A DNA stretch of 61,436 nucleotides, counting the filler. It is 4 parts of 4 records of this genome, joined end to end, with 100 filler letters (N's around TTAATTAATTAA, not from the genome) between each part and the next. Parts side by side here need not be neighbours in the genome. Positions count along the whole stretch, not along the records: positions 1 to 27,013 come from SRR31156797_12957; 3 more parts are not named here. One strand, written 5' to 3'. Positions 10,125 to 21,295 of this stretch are shown one piece after another (the stretch's first letter is position 1; every line of letters starts with the position of its first letter). The position numbers were made by a program, and so were the translations under genes. The notes under the pieces are model-generated. The model saw only the letters and a list, made by a program, of their open reading frames with translations. It ran no database searches and was not told the origin of the DNA.

Positions 10125-11813
10125 TTAGTTTATAATGTTACTTCTTATTCTATTTATTACTGCGGCAATTTCGTATTTTCTCGCATATACGATACTTCCG
10201 CTATTAAATTTAAGTATTTCTTTTAAATTTTCAGTTTTTATTCTATTTTCTAAAATTTCAAGCACAGTTTTAAGATCATGGAAATTTTTATCATTTTTTG
10301 TAAAGATTTTTTTTACCATTTCTCCGATATATTTAACCTGACCTGATTCAACTAACTGTTCAAGAGATCTAATATCAATCACTTCTTTCCCAACTGTTAT
10401 TTCATAAAGATCTCTATTTTTTATTTTTGAGTTTCTTTCTGAAAATATTTTAAAGGTTTCATTTAAATTTAGTTTTCTCTTTTTGATCTCTATTTTCTCC
10501 GTTGGAAATTCAAGTTTTACATTGGAATATTTATTTGAAACTTCTTTTGCTTTTTCTGTTACATCAAATACAGAGTACTCGTCTAAAAGCAATACACAAT
10601 CTGCAATATCTAAATAATCTCCCAAGCCGCCAACAACTATTATAGATGAAACATCTGCTGTATCTCTAAGAGATTCTATTTTTTCTATAAAAGGAGTAAT
10701 TGGTTCTTTGTCTTTTGATATTAATTCCTGTATTTTTTTGTCTCTAACCATGAAGTTAGTTGCCGATGTATCTTCGTCTATCAGGAGCGCATCACAGCCC
10801 ATCTCAATAGCTTCAACAATATTAGCTGCCTGAGAGGTTGAACCACTGGCATTATCAGTAGAAAAGAGCTTTGTATCAATTTTATTTGGTAAATTATCTA
10901 TAAATAAACTAATATCTACTTTTTTAACACTTCTTCCATCTTCGGCTCTTATTTTTACCGCATCAGGAGTTGATATACAATATTCTCTACCATCTCCGGG
11001 AATATGATTATAGACTCCCATCTCAATAGCATTTAATAAAGTTGATTTCCCGTGAAATCCACCACCTGTAATAATTGTAATACCTTTTTTAATCCCCATA
11101 CCTGTTATAGAAAAACCATTATCTAATTTTAGTGTCACTTCCAAATTTTTTGGTGATTCAAATTTTATTGCCGATTCAAGTGCAGTATCATCTATAAAAC
11201 TTTTCCTTGCTAATATACTATCATTTGCAATAAATACAATTAAATCTTCCTTGCTCATTTTTGATCTGATTTTTTCAGCATTTTCAGCTGTTTTGATATG
11301 TTTTTCTATCTCCTCTTTATGAAGATTTTTTAGTTCTATTTGCTCTACCAGTTTTGGAATTTCAGTAAAAATCATTATTATTGCTTCTCTTGCCAAAATT
11401 CTTCGACCTTGCGCCGGTAAACCTACATAAAATTTCAGATATAATTTTTTATCTTTAATTTCTGAAGCACTTCTTTTTAATATCTCTTGTTCAGGTTTAT
11501 AGATACTGATTTTACCGCTTTTGCCGCTACCTCTAACTTTTTTATCAAGTCTGTTAATTGCAACATGAATTTTTCTAAGCAGGAAATCTTCAAAGGCTAG
11601 TTTTCTTGTTATATTGGAATACCAATCTTTATCATAGTGATATTTGTTTAGATCAACTACTACTTCAAAAAGCGAGGGAGAAGCAAACGGATCACCCTGT
11701 ACTTTTAATATATTTAGTTCAAACTCATTAAAATCATATGAGCCTGTGATCTCTTTATACCCCTTATAGCCTTTACCATCAAGTCTATTTAATAATGATT
11801 TTAATCCTTCCAT
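10125..11813 (-). CDS. ABC-class ATPase domain protein (ABC_ATPase/MRB1590-like)
   Basis: VQGDPFASPS, GGGFHGKST, ASGSTSQAA, DEDTSATNFM motifs. Confidence 0.85.
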   Translation of the reverse strand: MEGLKSLLNRLDGKGYKGYKEITGSYDFNEFELNILKVQGDPFASPSLFEVVVDLNKYHYDKDWYSNITRKLAFEDFLLRKIHVAINRLDKKVRGSGKSGKISIYKPEQEILKRSASEIKDKKLYLKFYVGLPAQGRRILAREAIIMIFTEIPKLVEQIELKNLHKEEIEKHIKTAENAEKIRSKMSKEDLIVFIANDSILARKSFIDDTALESAIKFESPKNLEVTLKLDNGFSITGMGIKKGITIITGGGFHGKSTLLNAIEMGVYNHIPGDGREYCISTPDAVKIRAEDGRSVKKVDISLFIDNLPNKIDTKLFSTDNASGSTSQAANIVEAIEMGCDALLIDEDTSATNFMVRDKKIQELISKDKEPITPFIEKIESLRDTADVSSIIVVGGLGDYLDIADCVLLLDEYSVFDVTEKAKEVSNKYSNVKLEFPTEKIEIKKRKLNLNETFKIFSERNSKIKNRDLYEITVGKEVIDIRSLEQLVESGQVKYIGEMVKKIFTKNDKNFHDLKTVLEILENRIKTENLKEILKFNSGSIVYARKYEIAAVINRIRSNIIN

Positions 11814-11953
11814 AGTTTATCAACTCCTACAGTAAAGCTCTACACCAGTTCTATATAAATCTAAAAAACCAATACAAAACACTACATTAATTTATTATTA
11901 ATCTTTTATTTCTACTCTTTTATTCTTACTCTTCTGCATTTTTTTAAAATTCC

Positions 11954-14900
11954 TTACATTTTTACTGACAATATCTTGGATTCACCAATTTTCTTATCCA
12001 TTGTTACTCCATATAGAATATCTGACTCTTTCATAGTCTGTTTGTTATGAGTAATCAAAATAAATTGTGATTTATCAGTAAACTCTTTTAATTTCCTAAT
12101 AAGTCTTCGAGTATTTGAGTCATCAAGCGCTGCCTCGATTTCATCAAAAAACGTAAACGGACTAGGTTTATACATAAATATAGCCATAATTAAGGCTACA
12201 GCAACCATTGATTTCTCTCCACCAGATAATAAACTTAGTGATTGAGCTTTTTTGTTTTTAAACTTTACTAATAACTCTATTCCACTTTCAAGTACGTCAT
12301 TTTCGTTAATTAATTTTAAGCTTCCTACAGAGTTATTAAGAATTTCTTTACACATATAATTAAAATTTTTGTTGATTTGATTATAAGCGTCATAAAAATT
12401 TATTTTTATATTATTTTCTATTTCAGCTATAAGTTTATTCAAGCTGTTTTTACTTCCAATTAAATCATCTTTTTGCTCTTTTAAAAATTCATATCTCTTC
12501 TTTAGGCCCTTGTATTCTTCTATTGCAAGAAGATTAACAGTTCCAAGAGATTTTATCTCCACTTCAGCATCACCTAAAAACTTTTTAGCTTCTTGCAGTG
12601 AATGATCATACTCCTCTAATTTAACTCCATCTAATTCAGAGAGTTTTTCTTTTAAATACTCTAATTTAGATTTCAACTTCTCTTTTTTCTCTAAAATTCT
12701 ACTATATTTTGTTTCTGTTTGAATTAATTCTTTTTCGATAACTCTTACATTACTAATTAATTCTTTTTCTAATTTTTCCAATTCTTTTTGCTTTAATCTC
12801 TTCTCCTCTAATTCTTTGCCTATTACATCAAATTCAGAGTTTTGAATTTCAAATTCAGAGCTTACTTTTTTTAGATTTTCTTGTAATTCTATAATTAAGT
12901 TTTCCATTTCACTTAATTTATTTTTTTTAGAATCTAAATCACTAAATAGCTCACTATTCTCTTTTTGAAGATCAGCTTGAGCAGTTTTTAATTGCTTCAA
13001 TTTCTCAATATTTCCTAAAAGATCAACTTGTTTTTCAGAGTTTTCATGCTCAATATCCTGAAGTTTATCTTTTTTCTTCTCATAATTAGAATCTTTTTCA
13101 GTAATTTTTGCCTGGTGATCTGCAATGTGATTTTCAATTTTTTTCATCTGTTCATGTGAATTTTTTAGGATCTTATCATATTCAACATAGTTCTCCTCTA
13201 TCTCACTATCTTCGAATTCAATAATTGAAATATTCTTCTCTACCTGCATAAGTTCCATCTTAAGATTATTTTTATCAAGCTTTAGTTTGTCTAAATCCTG
13301 TTTTAACTCATTTAAAAATAAATTATGTTCATCTAAGTTTTTATCAATTTCTCTTCTATTATTTATCAGAGTTTCATATTCATTTTCATATTTTTCAAGT
13401 GTCTTATTTTCAAGATCAAGCCTTGATTTTAATGTTTTCAATTCTCTCTTTCTCTCAAGAATTAAACCACTATTAGATTTTAAATGTTCTCCACCGGTTA
13501 TTTTTCCTACACCTGACAATACTTGCCCGTCAAGTGTTACAATATTTCCTCTGTGTTTATTTTGTTTTAATATTTTAACACCTGTATCGATATCTTTAAC
13601 AACTAAAATTCTTCCAAGTACTAATTTAACTGCTTTTGATATTTTATTGCTATGTTTAACTAAATCTGCAGCTATTCCTATAACATTCTGGTCTGCTTTA
13701 TCTACACGCTGCTCAGCAGGAACTTTAATAGTATCAAAAGGGATAAACGTTGCTCTTCCCAAATTATTTTGCTTTAAATAATTAATACATTTTTTTGCAA
13801 CTTGACTATCTTTCACAAGAATATCCTGCATTGCATTACTTATTCCCGCTTCAATAGCTCTTTCATATTTTTCAGGTATTTCAATTAAAGAAACCAAAGG
13901 ACCTAATACACCATCTATCCCGGCGTTTAAAACCGCTTTTACTCCTTTAAAGAAACCTTCATTATTTTCTTCCATTCTTTTGAGATTAAAATATTTAATC
14001 TTAACTTTACTTAAACTTTTTTCTATTTCATTTAGTTTTTGCTGTAATGAATTAAGTTTATTTTCAAGCTCGGATTTCTCAGAGTTTTTATTATTTAATT
14101 CCTCTTTTATAAATAATATATCTTTTTCATTTAGTTGAATTTTACTGTCTAAATTAGCTATTTTCTCATTTACCTGATTTTGTAATTCGATAGCTTTATT
14201 TTTCTGCCCACTAAGCTCGGATTTTCTTTTCTCTATTGATTTAATTCTTTTTTCAGAATTTTCCGCTTCATTAAAGAATTTAACTTTATCAATTTCAAAA
14301 TTGATAACCTGTTGTCTTAATTCTTTTAATTCACTTTCCATATCCTGAATATTTATTCTTCGATTTAAAATTTCCTCTTCAATTTCACTATTTTGACTTT
14401 TTTTCTCTTCCAATTCTTTTTCTAATATTTCAATATCAGAATTTAATTTTTTAAGTCTCGCCTCTTTTTCTTCAGCTTTTTCATTATTATTCTCTATTTG
14501 AAATTCTAAATCTTTTTTCTCTCTTGTATATGCTTCTAGTCTTTCTGCAAATAAAACCTTATCATTTCCAATGCTATTTATATTTTTTTTCATCTCTTCA
14601 TTGGAGGATAATATATTTTCTATATTTTGGCTTAGTTCTTCTCGACTGGTATTAACTAATTCAAGTTCGTTTTCATTTTCTTCAAATAATTTCTGCTTAG
14701 TATCAATTGTATTTTTTAAATCTGTTTCTTCTATTTTATTTTCTTCAAAAGCAACTAAACTCTCATTATAATCTGTTGAAAAATAGTATTTTTTCATTTT
14801 ATCTAATTTATCTTTTACTTCAATATATTTATGAGCTTTATCTGATTGTTTCTCAAGAGCTCTTACATTTGTTTGAAGTTCTTTTTCAACAAAAGATATT

Positions 14901-15475
14901 TTTTCAATTTCATTTTCCACTTTATCCAGTTTTTTCTCTGCTTCACTTTTTCTTAGTTTAATTTTCTTAATTGAAGCTGCTTCTTCAATGATACTTCTTA
15001 TCTCTTTAGCAGAAGATGAAATAATTCTTTCAACTTTCCCCTGACCAATTACTGAGTAAGCAGATTTTCCAATTCCTGTATCCAGGAACATCTCTGTTAT
15101 ATCTTTTAGTCTTGATTTTTCTTTATTTATTCTATATTCATTTTCACCTTTTGAACCTATTTTTCTTGATACAATTACTTCATCTGAATCTATCATTAAA
15201 GTTCTATCACTATTATCAATATAAAGGCTTACCTCAGCTGTTGACCTTGCTTTACTTCGACCCCCACCTGAAAATATAACGTCACTACTGCTTTTTGCTC
15301 TAATATTTTTATATGATTGCTCCCCCAGAACCCAAAGAATTGCGTCCAGGATATTTGATTTTCCACTTCCATTTGGCCCTACGATAGATGTAATTCCTGA
15401 TGTAAAATCTACACTGATTTTCTCATTAAATGATTTAAAACCATCTATCTCTATTTTCTTTAAATACATTCCCAA
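11954..15475 (-). CDS. smc: Chromosome segregation protein SMC
   Basis: GFKSF, GPNGSGKSN, coiled coils, hinge GRATFIP, LSGGEK, DEIEAALD. Confidence 0.97.
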   Translation of the reverse strand: MGMYLKKIEIDGFKSFNEKISVDFTSGITSIVGPNGSGKSNILDAILWVLGEQSYKNIRAKSSSDVIFSGGGRSKARSTAEVSLYIDNSDRTLMIDSDEVIVSRKIGSKGENEYRINKEKSRLKDITEMFLDTGIGKSAYSVIGQGKVERIISSSAKEIRSIIEEAASIKKIKLRKSEAEKKLDKVENEIEKISFVEKELQTNVRALEKQSDKAHKYIEVKDKLDKMKKYYFSTDYNESLVAFEENKIEETDLKNTIDTKQKLFEENENELELVNTSREELSQNIENILSSNEEMKKNINSIGNDKVLFAERLEAYTREKKDLEFQIENNNEKAEEKEARLKKLNSDIEILEKELEEKKSQNSEIEEEILNRRINIQDMESELKELRQQVINFEIDKVKFFNEAENSEKRIKSIEKRKSELSGQKNKAIELQNQVNEKIANLDSKIQLNEKDILFIKEELNNKNSEKSELENKLNSLQQKLNEIEKSLSKVKIKYFNLKRMEENNEGFFKGVKAVLNAGIDGVLGPLVSLIEIPEKYERAIEAGISNAMQDILVKDSQVAKKCINYLKQNNLGRATFIPFDTIKVPAEQRVDKADQNVIGIAADLVKHSNKISKAVKLVLGRILVVKDIDTGVKILKQNKHRGNIVTLDGQVLSGVGKITGGEHLKSNSGLILERKRELKTLKSRLDLENKTLEKYENEYETLINNRREIDKNLDEHNLFLNELKQDLDKLKLDKNNLKMELMQVEKNISIIEFEDSEIEENYVEYDKILKNSHEQMKKIENHIADHQAKITEKDSNYEKKKDKLQDIEHENSEKQVDLLGNIEKLKQLKTAQADLQKENSELFSDLDSKKNKLSEMENLIIELQENLKKVSSEFEIQNSEFDVIGKELEEKRLKQKELEKLEKELISNVRVIEKELIQTETKYSRILEKKEKLKSKLEYLKEKLSELDGVKLEEYDHSLQEAKKFLGDAEVEIKSLGTVNLLAIEEYKGLKKRYEFLKEQKDDLIGSKNSLNKLIAEIENNIKINFYDAYNQINKNFNYMCKEILNNSVGSLKLINENDVLESGIELLVKFKNKKAQSLSLLSGGEKSMVAVALIMAIFMYKPSPFTFFDEIEAALDDSNTRRLIRKLKEFTDKSQFILITHNKQTMKESDILYGVTMDKKIGESKILSVKM

Positions 15476-15480
15476 CCCCG

Positions 15481-16800
15481 CTATAGTATGTAATTATTTA
15501 GATCTTCCTCTTCGTTTGAGATTTCAAACATTTTATGCACATCTTTTTTAGTAATTTTAATTACTTTTGCTTCTTCAGCTTCAAATGGTGCATCAAACAT
15601 AGTATCTTTTAGCACTTTTTCAAGCACAGTATGGAGTCTTCTTGCTCCTATATTTTCTATTTTATTATTAAGCTCTATCGATACTTCAGCTACTGCTTCT
15701 ATCGCTGTTTTTGCAAATGAGATATTCACATTATCAATTTTTAGTAATTCTATATATTGTTTAATTAGGTTATTATCTACCTGAGTTAATATTTTTACAA
15801 AATCATCTTTTGTTAAGCTCTCTAATTTAACTTTTACCGGAAATCTTCCTTGAAGTTCAGGCATAAGGTCGCTTGGACTAGACATAGTAAATGCTCCGGC
15901 CGCAACAAATAAAATATGATCCGTTTTAACCGGTCCATACTTTGTCATTACCGTCGTTCCTTCTACTATCGGAAGTATATCTCTTTGTACTCCCTGTCTT
16001 GATACTTCTCCTCTGCTTCCTGATTCTCTTTCAGCAATTTTATCTATCTCATCTATAAAGATTATTCCATCTTCTTCTACTTTCATAACCACTTCAGGAA
16101 TAAGTTCATCCATATCGATTTTTTCCTCTATCTCTTCTTTAAGAAGATAGTCAATTGCACTTTTAACTTTCATATTTTTATTTTTCGTTTTTTTACCAGG
16201 CATATTTGCCATTAATGAATCAAGCATATTTTGAATACTATCTTCAGTTGGAGCATTTGCAAAAACCTCTATTACCGGAGCTTCTCCTTTAGCAGTTTTC
16301 TCTATCTCTATCTCCTGATCATCGTAATTTCCATTTTTAATATCTTCTATTAAAATTGCTTTTTCATCATCATTTACTTCATATGGTTTTAATTTTTTTG
16401 CAATTCTTTCATAAATTAAAGGTAAATTTTCCTCTTTTAATTCTTCTAATTTTCTTGATTTAAGCATTCTAAAAGTCATTGCTGCTAAATCTTTTACCAT
16501 TGATTCAACATCTTTACCTACATAACCAACTTCAGTAAATTTTGTCGCTTCAACTTTAATAAAAGGAGAATCTGTTACTTTTGCAAGTCTTCTGGCAATT
16601 TCTGTTTTACCAACTCCTGTCGGTCCAATTAGAATAATATTTTTTGGAGTAATCTCTTTCTTCAAATCAAGATCAGTTATCTCTTTTCTTCTAAATCTAT
16701 TTCTTAGTGAAATAGCAACATTTTTTTTAGCTTCATCTTGAGAAATAATATATTTATCTAGTTCTTTAACAATTTTTTTTGGTGTTAAAACTTCTTTCAT
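15481..16800 (-). CDS. hslU: ATP-dependent protease ATPase subunit HslU
   Basis: GPTGVGKTEIARR, TEVGYVG, DEIDKI, GVQRD, ELQGRFP motifs. Confidence 0.95.
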   Translation of the reverse strand: MKEVLTPKKIVKELDKYIISQDEAKKNVAISLRNRFRRKEITDLDLKKEITPKNIILIGPTGVGKTEIARRLAKVTDSPFIKVEATKFTEVGYVGKDVESMVKDLAAMTFRMLKSRKLEELKEENLPLIYERIAKKLKPYEVNDDEKAILIEDIKNGNYDDQEIEIEKTAKGEAPVIEVFANAPTEDSIQNMLDSLMANMPGKKTKNKNMKVKSAIDYLLKEEIEEKIDMDELIPEVVMKVEEDGIIFIDEIDKIAERESGSRGEVSRQGVQRDILPIVEGTTVMTKYGPVKTDHILFVAAGAFTMSSPSDLMPELQGRFPVKVKLESLTKDDFVKILTQVDNNLIKQYIELLKIDNVNISFAKTAIEAVAEVSIELNNKIENIGARRLHTVLEKVLKDTMFDAPFEAEEAKVIKITKKDVHKMFEISNEEEDLNNYIL

Positions 16801-16976
16801 ATTTCCTCCTGATAGTTTTTATTAAATAAATTGGTTTCGTTCTTTTATACATCTTATATAGAGGTCACCCTGCTTATTATAAATCTCATATATTATCTTA
16901 AATTATATAATATTTTTGTCTAATATTAAAGGGAAACTTTCTTTTTTCTTAAAAACTCTATTTTTTACAGAGAATA

Positions 16977-17017
16977 GGCAGACCAAAAAGAAGTATAAAT
17001 TCTCCAAATGGTCTGCC
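16977..17017 (-). terminator. Hairpin downstream of rdgB
   Basis: GGCAGACCA...TGGTCTGCC inverted repeat. Confidence 0.45.
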
Positions 17018-17029
17018 ATTATTAACTAA

Positions 17030-17620
17030 TTATTTTAAAAAGTTTTTTATTTTTTCTTTCATAAGCTTTACTGCATTTGCCCTGTGGCTTATACTGTTCT
17101 TCTCACTCTTCTCAAGCTCTGCAAAAGTTTTATTAAATGGCTTATAATAAAAATGCGGATCATATCCAAAGCCGTGGACTCCTCTTGGAGTATCAACTAT
17201 TTCTCCTTGAACTTCTCCTCTAAAAGAGATTACTTCACCACTTGGTTTAGCTACACTGATTACACAAACAAACTTTGCTTCTCTGTTTGCTTCATCTTGC
17301 AGTTCAGATACAAGCTTTTTATTATTTGCTGCATCATTTCCATCTTCTCCGGCATATCTGGCTGAATACACGCCAGGTCTCATCTCAAGAGCTGTAACGC
17401 ATAATCCTGAGTCATCTGCTATCGTTGGATAATCTAAAAATTTTGCTATCTCTTTTGCTTTTTTTTGTGAATTATATTCAAAAGTATCTCCATCTTCAAT
17501 TACTTCCGGAATATCAATCCCATCAGCTATAGAGTATACTTCATAATCTAAGTCACTTAAAATAGGTTTAAGTTCTTCTATTTTCTTTTTATTTCCGGTT
17601 GCAAGAAATATCTTTTTCAT
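17030..17620 (-). CDS. rdgB: dITP/XTP pyrophosphatase (Ham1 family)
   Basis: ATGNKKK, ADDSGL, PGVYSARY, GFGYDP, SHR motifs. Follows rph. Confidence 0.95.
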   Translation of the reverse strand: MKKIFLATGNKKKIEELKPILSDLDYEVYSIADGIDIPEVIEDGDTFEYNSQKKAKEIAKFLDYPTIADDSGLCVTALEMRPGVYSARYAGEDGNDAANNKKLVSELQDEANREAKFVCVISVAKPSGEVISFRGEVQGEIVDTPRGVHGFGYDPHFYYKPFNKTFAELEKSEKNSISHRANAVKLMKEKIKNFLK

Positions 17621-18354
17621 TAGTTTAACGCCTCTTCCACTGCTGCTTTTTGAATTTCAAATAACTCTCTGATACCTTTTTCTGCTATATCTAATAATTG
17701 GTTTAATTCATCTCTTGTAAAAGTTGCTTCTTCTCCAGTACCTTGAACCTCAACAAATCTGTTCTCAGAGTTCATGATTACGTTCATATCAACTTCTGCC
17801 GCACTATCCTCTGTATATTTAAGGTCTAACATAACTTCCTCTTTTACGACCCCTACACTGATTGCAGCAATTTGTGAAGTTAGTGGATTCTCTTTTAATT
17901 TTCCATTAAGTAACATTCTTCTGATTGCAATCTCAAGAGCAATATAAGCACCGGTAATAGAAGCAGTTCTTGTCCCACCATCAGCCTGGATTACATCACA
18001 ATCAAGAATTACTGTTCTTTCTCCAAGTTTTTTTAAATCAATACAAGCTCTTAATGATCTTCCGATTAATCTCTGAATCTCCATTGTTCTACCTGTTAAT
18101 TTACCTTTGTTTGCTTCTCTCATGTTTCTAGTTTCTGTTGCTCTGGGAAGCATAGCATATTCTGCTGTTACCCATCCTGTTCCTTGATTTCTTAGGAATG
18201 GAGGTACACTATCATTTATTGTAGCGTTACAAATAACTTTTGTATTTCCAAATTCTATTAATACAGACCCTTCCGGATGCACGATATAATTCGTAGTAAT
18301 TTTTACATCTCTTAATTGATCTAATTCTCTATTATCATCTCTTTTTATACTCAT
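17620..18354 (-). CDS. rph: Ribonuclease PH
   Basis: [31 protein letters not shown] motifs. Confidence 0.97.
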   Translation of the reverse strand: MSIKRDDNRELDQLRDVKITTNYIVHPEGSVLIEFGNTKVICNATINDSVPPFLRNQGTGWVTAEYAMLPRATETRNMREANKGKLTGRTMEIQRLIGRSLRACIDLKKLGERTVILDCDVIQADGGTRTASITGAYIALEIAIRRMLLNGKLKENPLTSQIAAISVGVVKEEVMLDLKYTEDSAAEVDMNVIMNSENRFVEVQGTGEEATFTRDELNQLLDIAEKGIRELFEIQKAAVEEALN

Positions 18355-18378
18355 TACTTTCTCCCTTTAGATTAATTT

Positions 18379-19452
18379 TTATCTATTTTTTCCAACTATG
18401 TATTTCGCATAGTTTTTCAAGATATCTTCACCATTTAGTTTTTCTCTAATTAATTCAATATCTTTCATAATTTGTTCTCTTTTATTTGAAAGTTGCTTCA
18501 TTTCATTTATTATATTCTCCGCATTACATTCATTTTGAAGTAATTCCGGATAAACTTCTTTATTTAAAGTTAAATTAGGTAAAGAAACATATGTCAGATT
18601 AATAAAGTTTTTGGCAATAAACTCATTTATTTTAGAAGTTTTATATATCACTATTCCGGGAAGCCCTAATATTGCTAATTCTAAAATTACAGTTCCTGAT
18701 GCAGCTATAGCATATTTAGAAACTTCAACTGCTTCCTTAAGGGAAAGTTCATCAGTAACTTCTAAATTCTTATATTGCGTTAAATCATCTACTATCCACT
18801 CAAGATGTTCTTTCGAAGCTAATTTAAGTAAAAACTTTTCATTTGGACAATTTCTTACTACCTCAAGCATCTCAGGAGTTAAACTTTTTATCTCTCCTTT
18901 TCTACTTCCGGGAAGTAATAAAATTTGATTATCTTTTGATTTTACTTCCTTGTATTTTTCCATAAATGGATTTCCATAATAAACAGCATTCATATTATTC
19001 TCTTGATAAAATTCCACTTCCCAAGGGAATATTACAATAACATGATCAGCTAGTTTTATCTTTTCAATTCTCTTTTTTCCCCAAATCCATACTTTGGGCG
19101 GGATATAATAAAAAACTTCTATATCCAGTTCAAGTTCACGGATTTTTTCCAGAAATTTAAGATTAAATCCTCCGTAATCAACTAAAATAACTTTTTTAAT
19201 ATTATTTTCCTGAATAAAAGTAATATATTCATTAAGTTTTCTTTTCAGAAAACTATATTTTTGAATCGCTTCTACGAACCCAATTACTGCCAGTTCTTTT
19301 ATATCCTGTACAATATTAACGCCAGCTTTTTTTGAGTGTTTACCGGCTACTCCAAAAAAACTGGCCTCTTTATCTAAATCCTTTATTTCTTCTACTATAT
19401 AAGACAAGTGTAAATCCCCGGAAGCTTCTCCTGTTGAAACAAAATACTTCAC
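18379..19452 (-). CDS. lpxB: Lipid-A-disaccharide synthase (likely GTG start at 19452)
   Basis: TGEASGD, PKVWIW, LLPGSR, ASGT, PELLQ motifs. GGAGG precedes GTG at 19452. Confidence 0.95.
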   Translation of the reverse strand: MKYFVSTGEASGDLHLSYIVEEIKDLDKEASFFGVAGKHSKKAGVNIVQDIKELAVIGFVEAIQKYSFLKRKLNEYITFIQENNIKKVILVDYGGFNLKFLEKIRELELDIEVFYYIPPKVWIWGKKRIEKIKLADHVIVIFPWEVEFYQENNMNAVYYGNPFMEKYKEVKSKDNQILLLPGSRKGEIKSLTPEMLEVVRNCPNEKFLLKLASKEHLEWIVDDLTQYKNLEVTDELSLKEAVEVSKYAIAASGTVILELAILGLPGIVIYKTSKINEFIAKNFINLTYVSLPNLTLNKEVYPELLQNECNAENIINEMKQLSNKREQIMKDIELIREKLNGEDILKNYAKYIVGKNR

Positions 19453-19468
19453 ACATTTTCCTCCTGAC

Positions 19469-20272
19469 TTATCTTTTAATTGCTTTAATGAACATTCCTT
19501 TTTCATTAGCTAATTCTAATACTTCTTCCTGCTCAGCAAATAACATTTTTTCAGCTTCAATTACTAAACCTTTTGCATTAATTGCTATTGCCGATTTAAG
19601 AGTTTCAAGGCCGATTACCGGAATATCCATTCTAAAATCTTGATTCGGTCTAGCCATTTTAACTACTATACAATCATCACCGGCATACTCATGTGCTCTT
19701 TTAATTGTTTTATCCGTACCTTCCATTGCTTCAATTGCAACAACTGTTCCGTCTTTTACAACAACTGTTTGCCCTGCATCTATAGAGGTAATAGCTTTCG
19801 CTGCTTCGATTCCTATATTAATAGTCTCATCATCAGCTTCAACAGAATCAATTTCTGTAAATGTTCCCTCTTTTGCAAGAAGTTCATCCATTAAATAGTT
19901 TTGAGCTAAGATTTCAATACCGTTTATTTTTAAAATCCCCATTATTCCCATTAAAATAGTTTCATCTTTTTGATCCGGAAGATTTTTTATTAAACCTTCA
20001 AAAACATGATCAAGTTCAACTCCTGAGAAAATCAGACTTTTTTCAACTTTACCAAGCATCATAAGATTTTGTGCATTGTTAAGTAAAAGATATGAAATAA
20101 TTTTTCCTATCTCTCCTATGTTCATTTTTACAAAATTCTTATGTTCCTTAATATTAGCATTGATTGTTTCAAATAAACCGATAGGATATACTTCATAACC
20201 TTTTGCTTCTGCTTGCTTTATGAAATAATAAGGTAAGTTTCCTTCTCCTACTATAAGTCCGATATTTTTCAT
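19469..20272 (-). CDS. lpxI: UDP-2,3-diacylglucosamine pyrophosphatase LpxI
   Basis: DAGQTVVV, AIEAMEGTD, QDFRMDIPVIG motifs. Lies between lpxA and lpxB. Confidence 0.9.
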   Translation of the reverse strand: MKNIGLIVGEGNLPYYFIKQAEAKGYEVYPIGLFETINANIKEHKNFVKMNIGEIGKIISYLLLNNAQNLMMLGKVEKSLIFSGVELDHVFEGLIKNLPDQKDETILMGIMGILKINGIEILAQNYLMDELLAKEGTFTEIDSVEADDETINIGIEAAKAITSIDAGQTVVVKDGTVVAIEAMEGTDKTIKRAHEYAGDDCIVVKMARPNQDFRMDIPVIGLETLKSAIAINAKGLVIEAEKMLFAEQEEVLELANEKGMFIKAIKR

Positions 20273-21039
20273 TATCTAGTCAACCCCCGTTCAAAGGTTC
20301 TTATTGTATCCACAAAATACATAACGTTTTTGTCTTCAGCAAATTCTACTGATAGTTCATCTAATGCAAGATCTAATTTTGATTTTGACATAAATACTTT
20401 CTTATATGCTGTCTTTATATTAGAAATTTCCTCTTTTGAGAATCCTCTTCTTTTTAAACCTGTTAGATTTAAACCTCTGACTTTTGCTCTGTTTCCTTCT
20501 ACAGTTACAAATGGAGCGATATCCTGAACTACGATTGATCCTCCACCTAACATAGAATTTGCACCTAATTTACAGAACTGATGTATAGCAGATAATCCTC
20601 CTACTACTACATTTTCTCCGACCTCTACGTGACCTGCTAAAGTTGCAGCATTTGCAAATATACAGTTATTAGCAATAATCACATCATGGGCAACATGAAC
20701 ATATGCCATGAATAGATTTCCGTTTCCAATTACAGTTTTTCCCGCAGCAACTGTTCCTTTATTTAAAGTAACAAATTCTCTAATTAAGTTATTATCTCCA
20801 ATAATTAGTTCTGTATCTTCCCCTGCATATTTTAAATCTTGTGGCGCTTGCCCAACAGAAGCATAAGGAAAAATTTTATTCCCTTGCCCAATTGTTGTTT
20901 TTCCACCAATTACAACGTGAGCCCCTATCTCATTGTTATCCCCTATTTTTACATCTTTACCGATTACTGAATAAGGTCCAATTTTTACACCTTCTCCAAT
21001 CACAGCACCTTCTTCGATTATTGCTGTCTCATGAATCAT
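20272..21039 (-). CDS. lpxA: UDP-GlcNAc O-acyltransferase
   Basis: Hexapeptide repeats, PQDLKY, HVAHD, LAGHV. Confidence 0.97.
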   Translation of the reverse strand: MIHETAIIEEGAVIGEGVKIGPYSVIGKDVKIGDNNEIGAHVVIGGKTTIGQGNKIFPYASVGQAPQDLKYAGEDTELIIGDNNLIREFVTLNKGTVAAGKTVIGNGNLFMAYVHVAHDVIIANNCIFANAATLAGHVEVGENVVVGGLSAIHQFCKLGANSMLGGGSIVVQDIAPFVTVEGNRAKVRGLNLTGLKRRGFSKEEISNIKTAYKKVFMSKSKLDLALDELSVEFAEDKNVMYFVDTIRTFERGLTR

Positions 21040-21267
21040 GCCAATTCCTCCTAAAATTTCATTATAAATAATTGAATTAAATCATAATAAATATATACTG
21101 AATTACATTCGAATTACCTACAATACTAAAATATTAATTAATGATTTTATTGTCTCAAATTATAGCACTTCTGAAAATTGCTATAACCTGAAACCACAGC
21201 TCTATAGCTATGTATTTATCTATGTTAGCTTACGCTTGTAATTTTATTTTTGCGTAAAGTGAGCAAC

Positions 21268-21291
21268 AGCTGAGAGGTTTCCCTCTCAGCT
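21268..21291 (-). terminator. Hairpin immediately after fabZ
   Basis: GCTGAGAGG-tttc-CCTCTCAGC. Confidence 0.6.
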
Positions 21292-21295
21292 CTTA

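Noticed and set aside
21040-21267. A regulatory RNA in the fabZ-lpxA spacer (GAATTA repeats, TTATAGCA/TGCTATAA)
   Set aside because: These are short AT-rich matches that are compatible with chance or an ordinary internal promoter.
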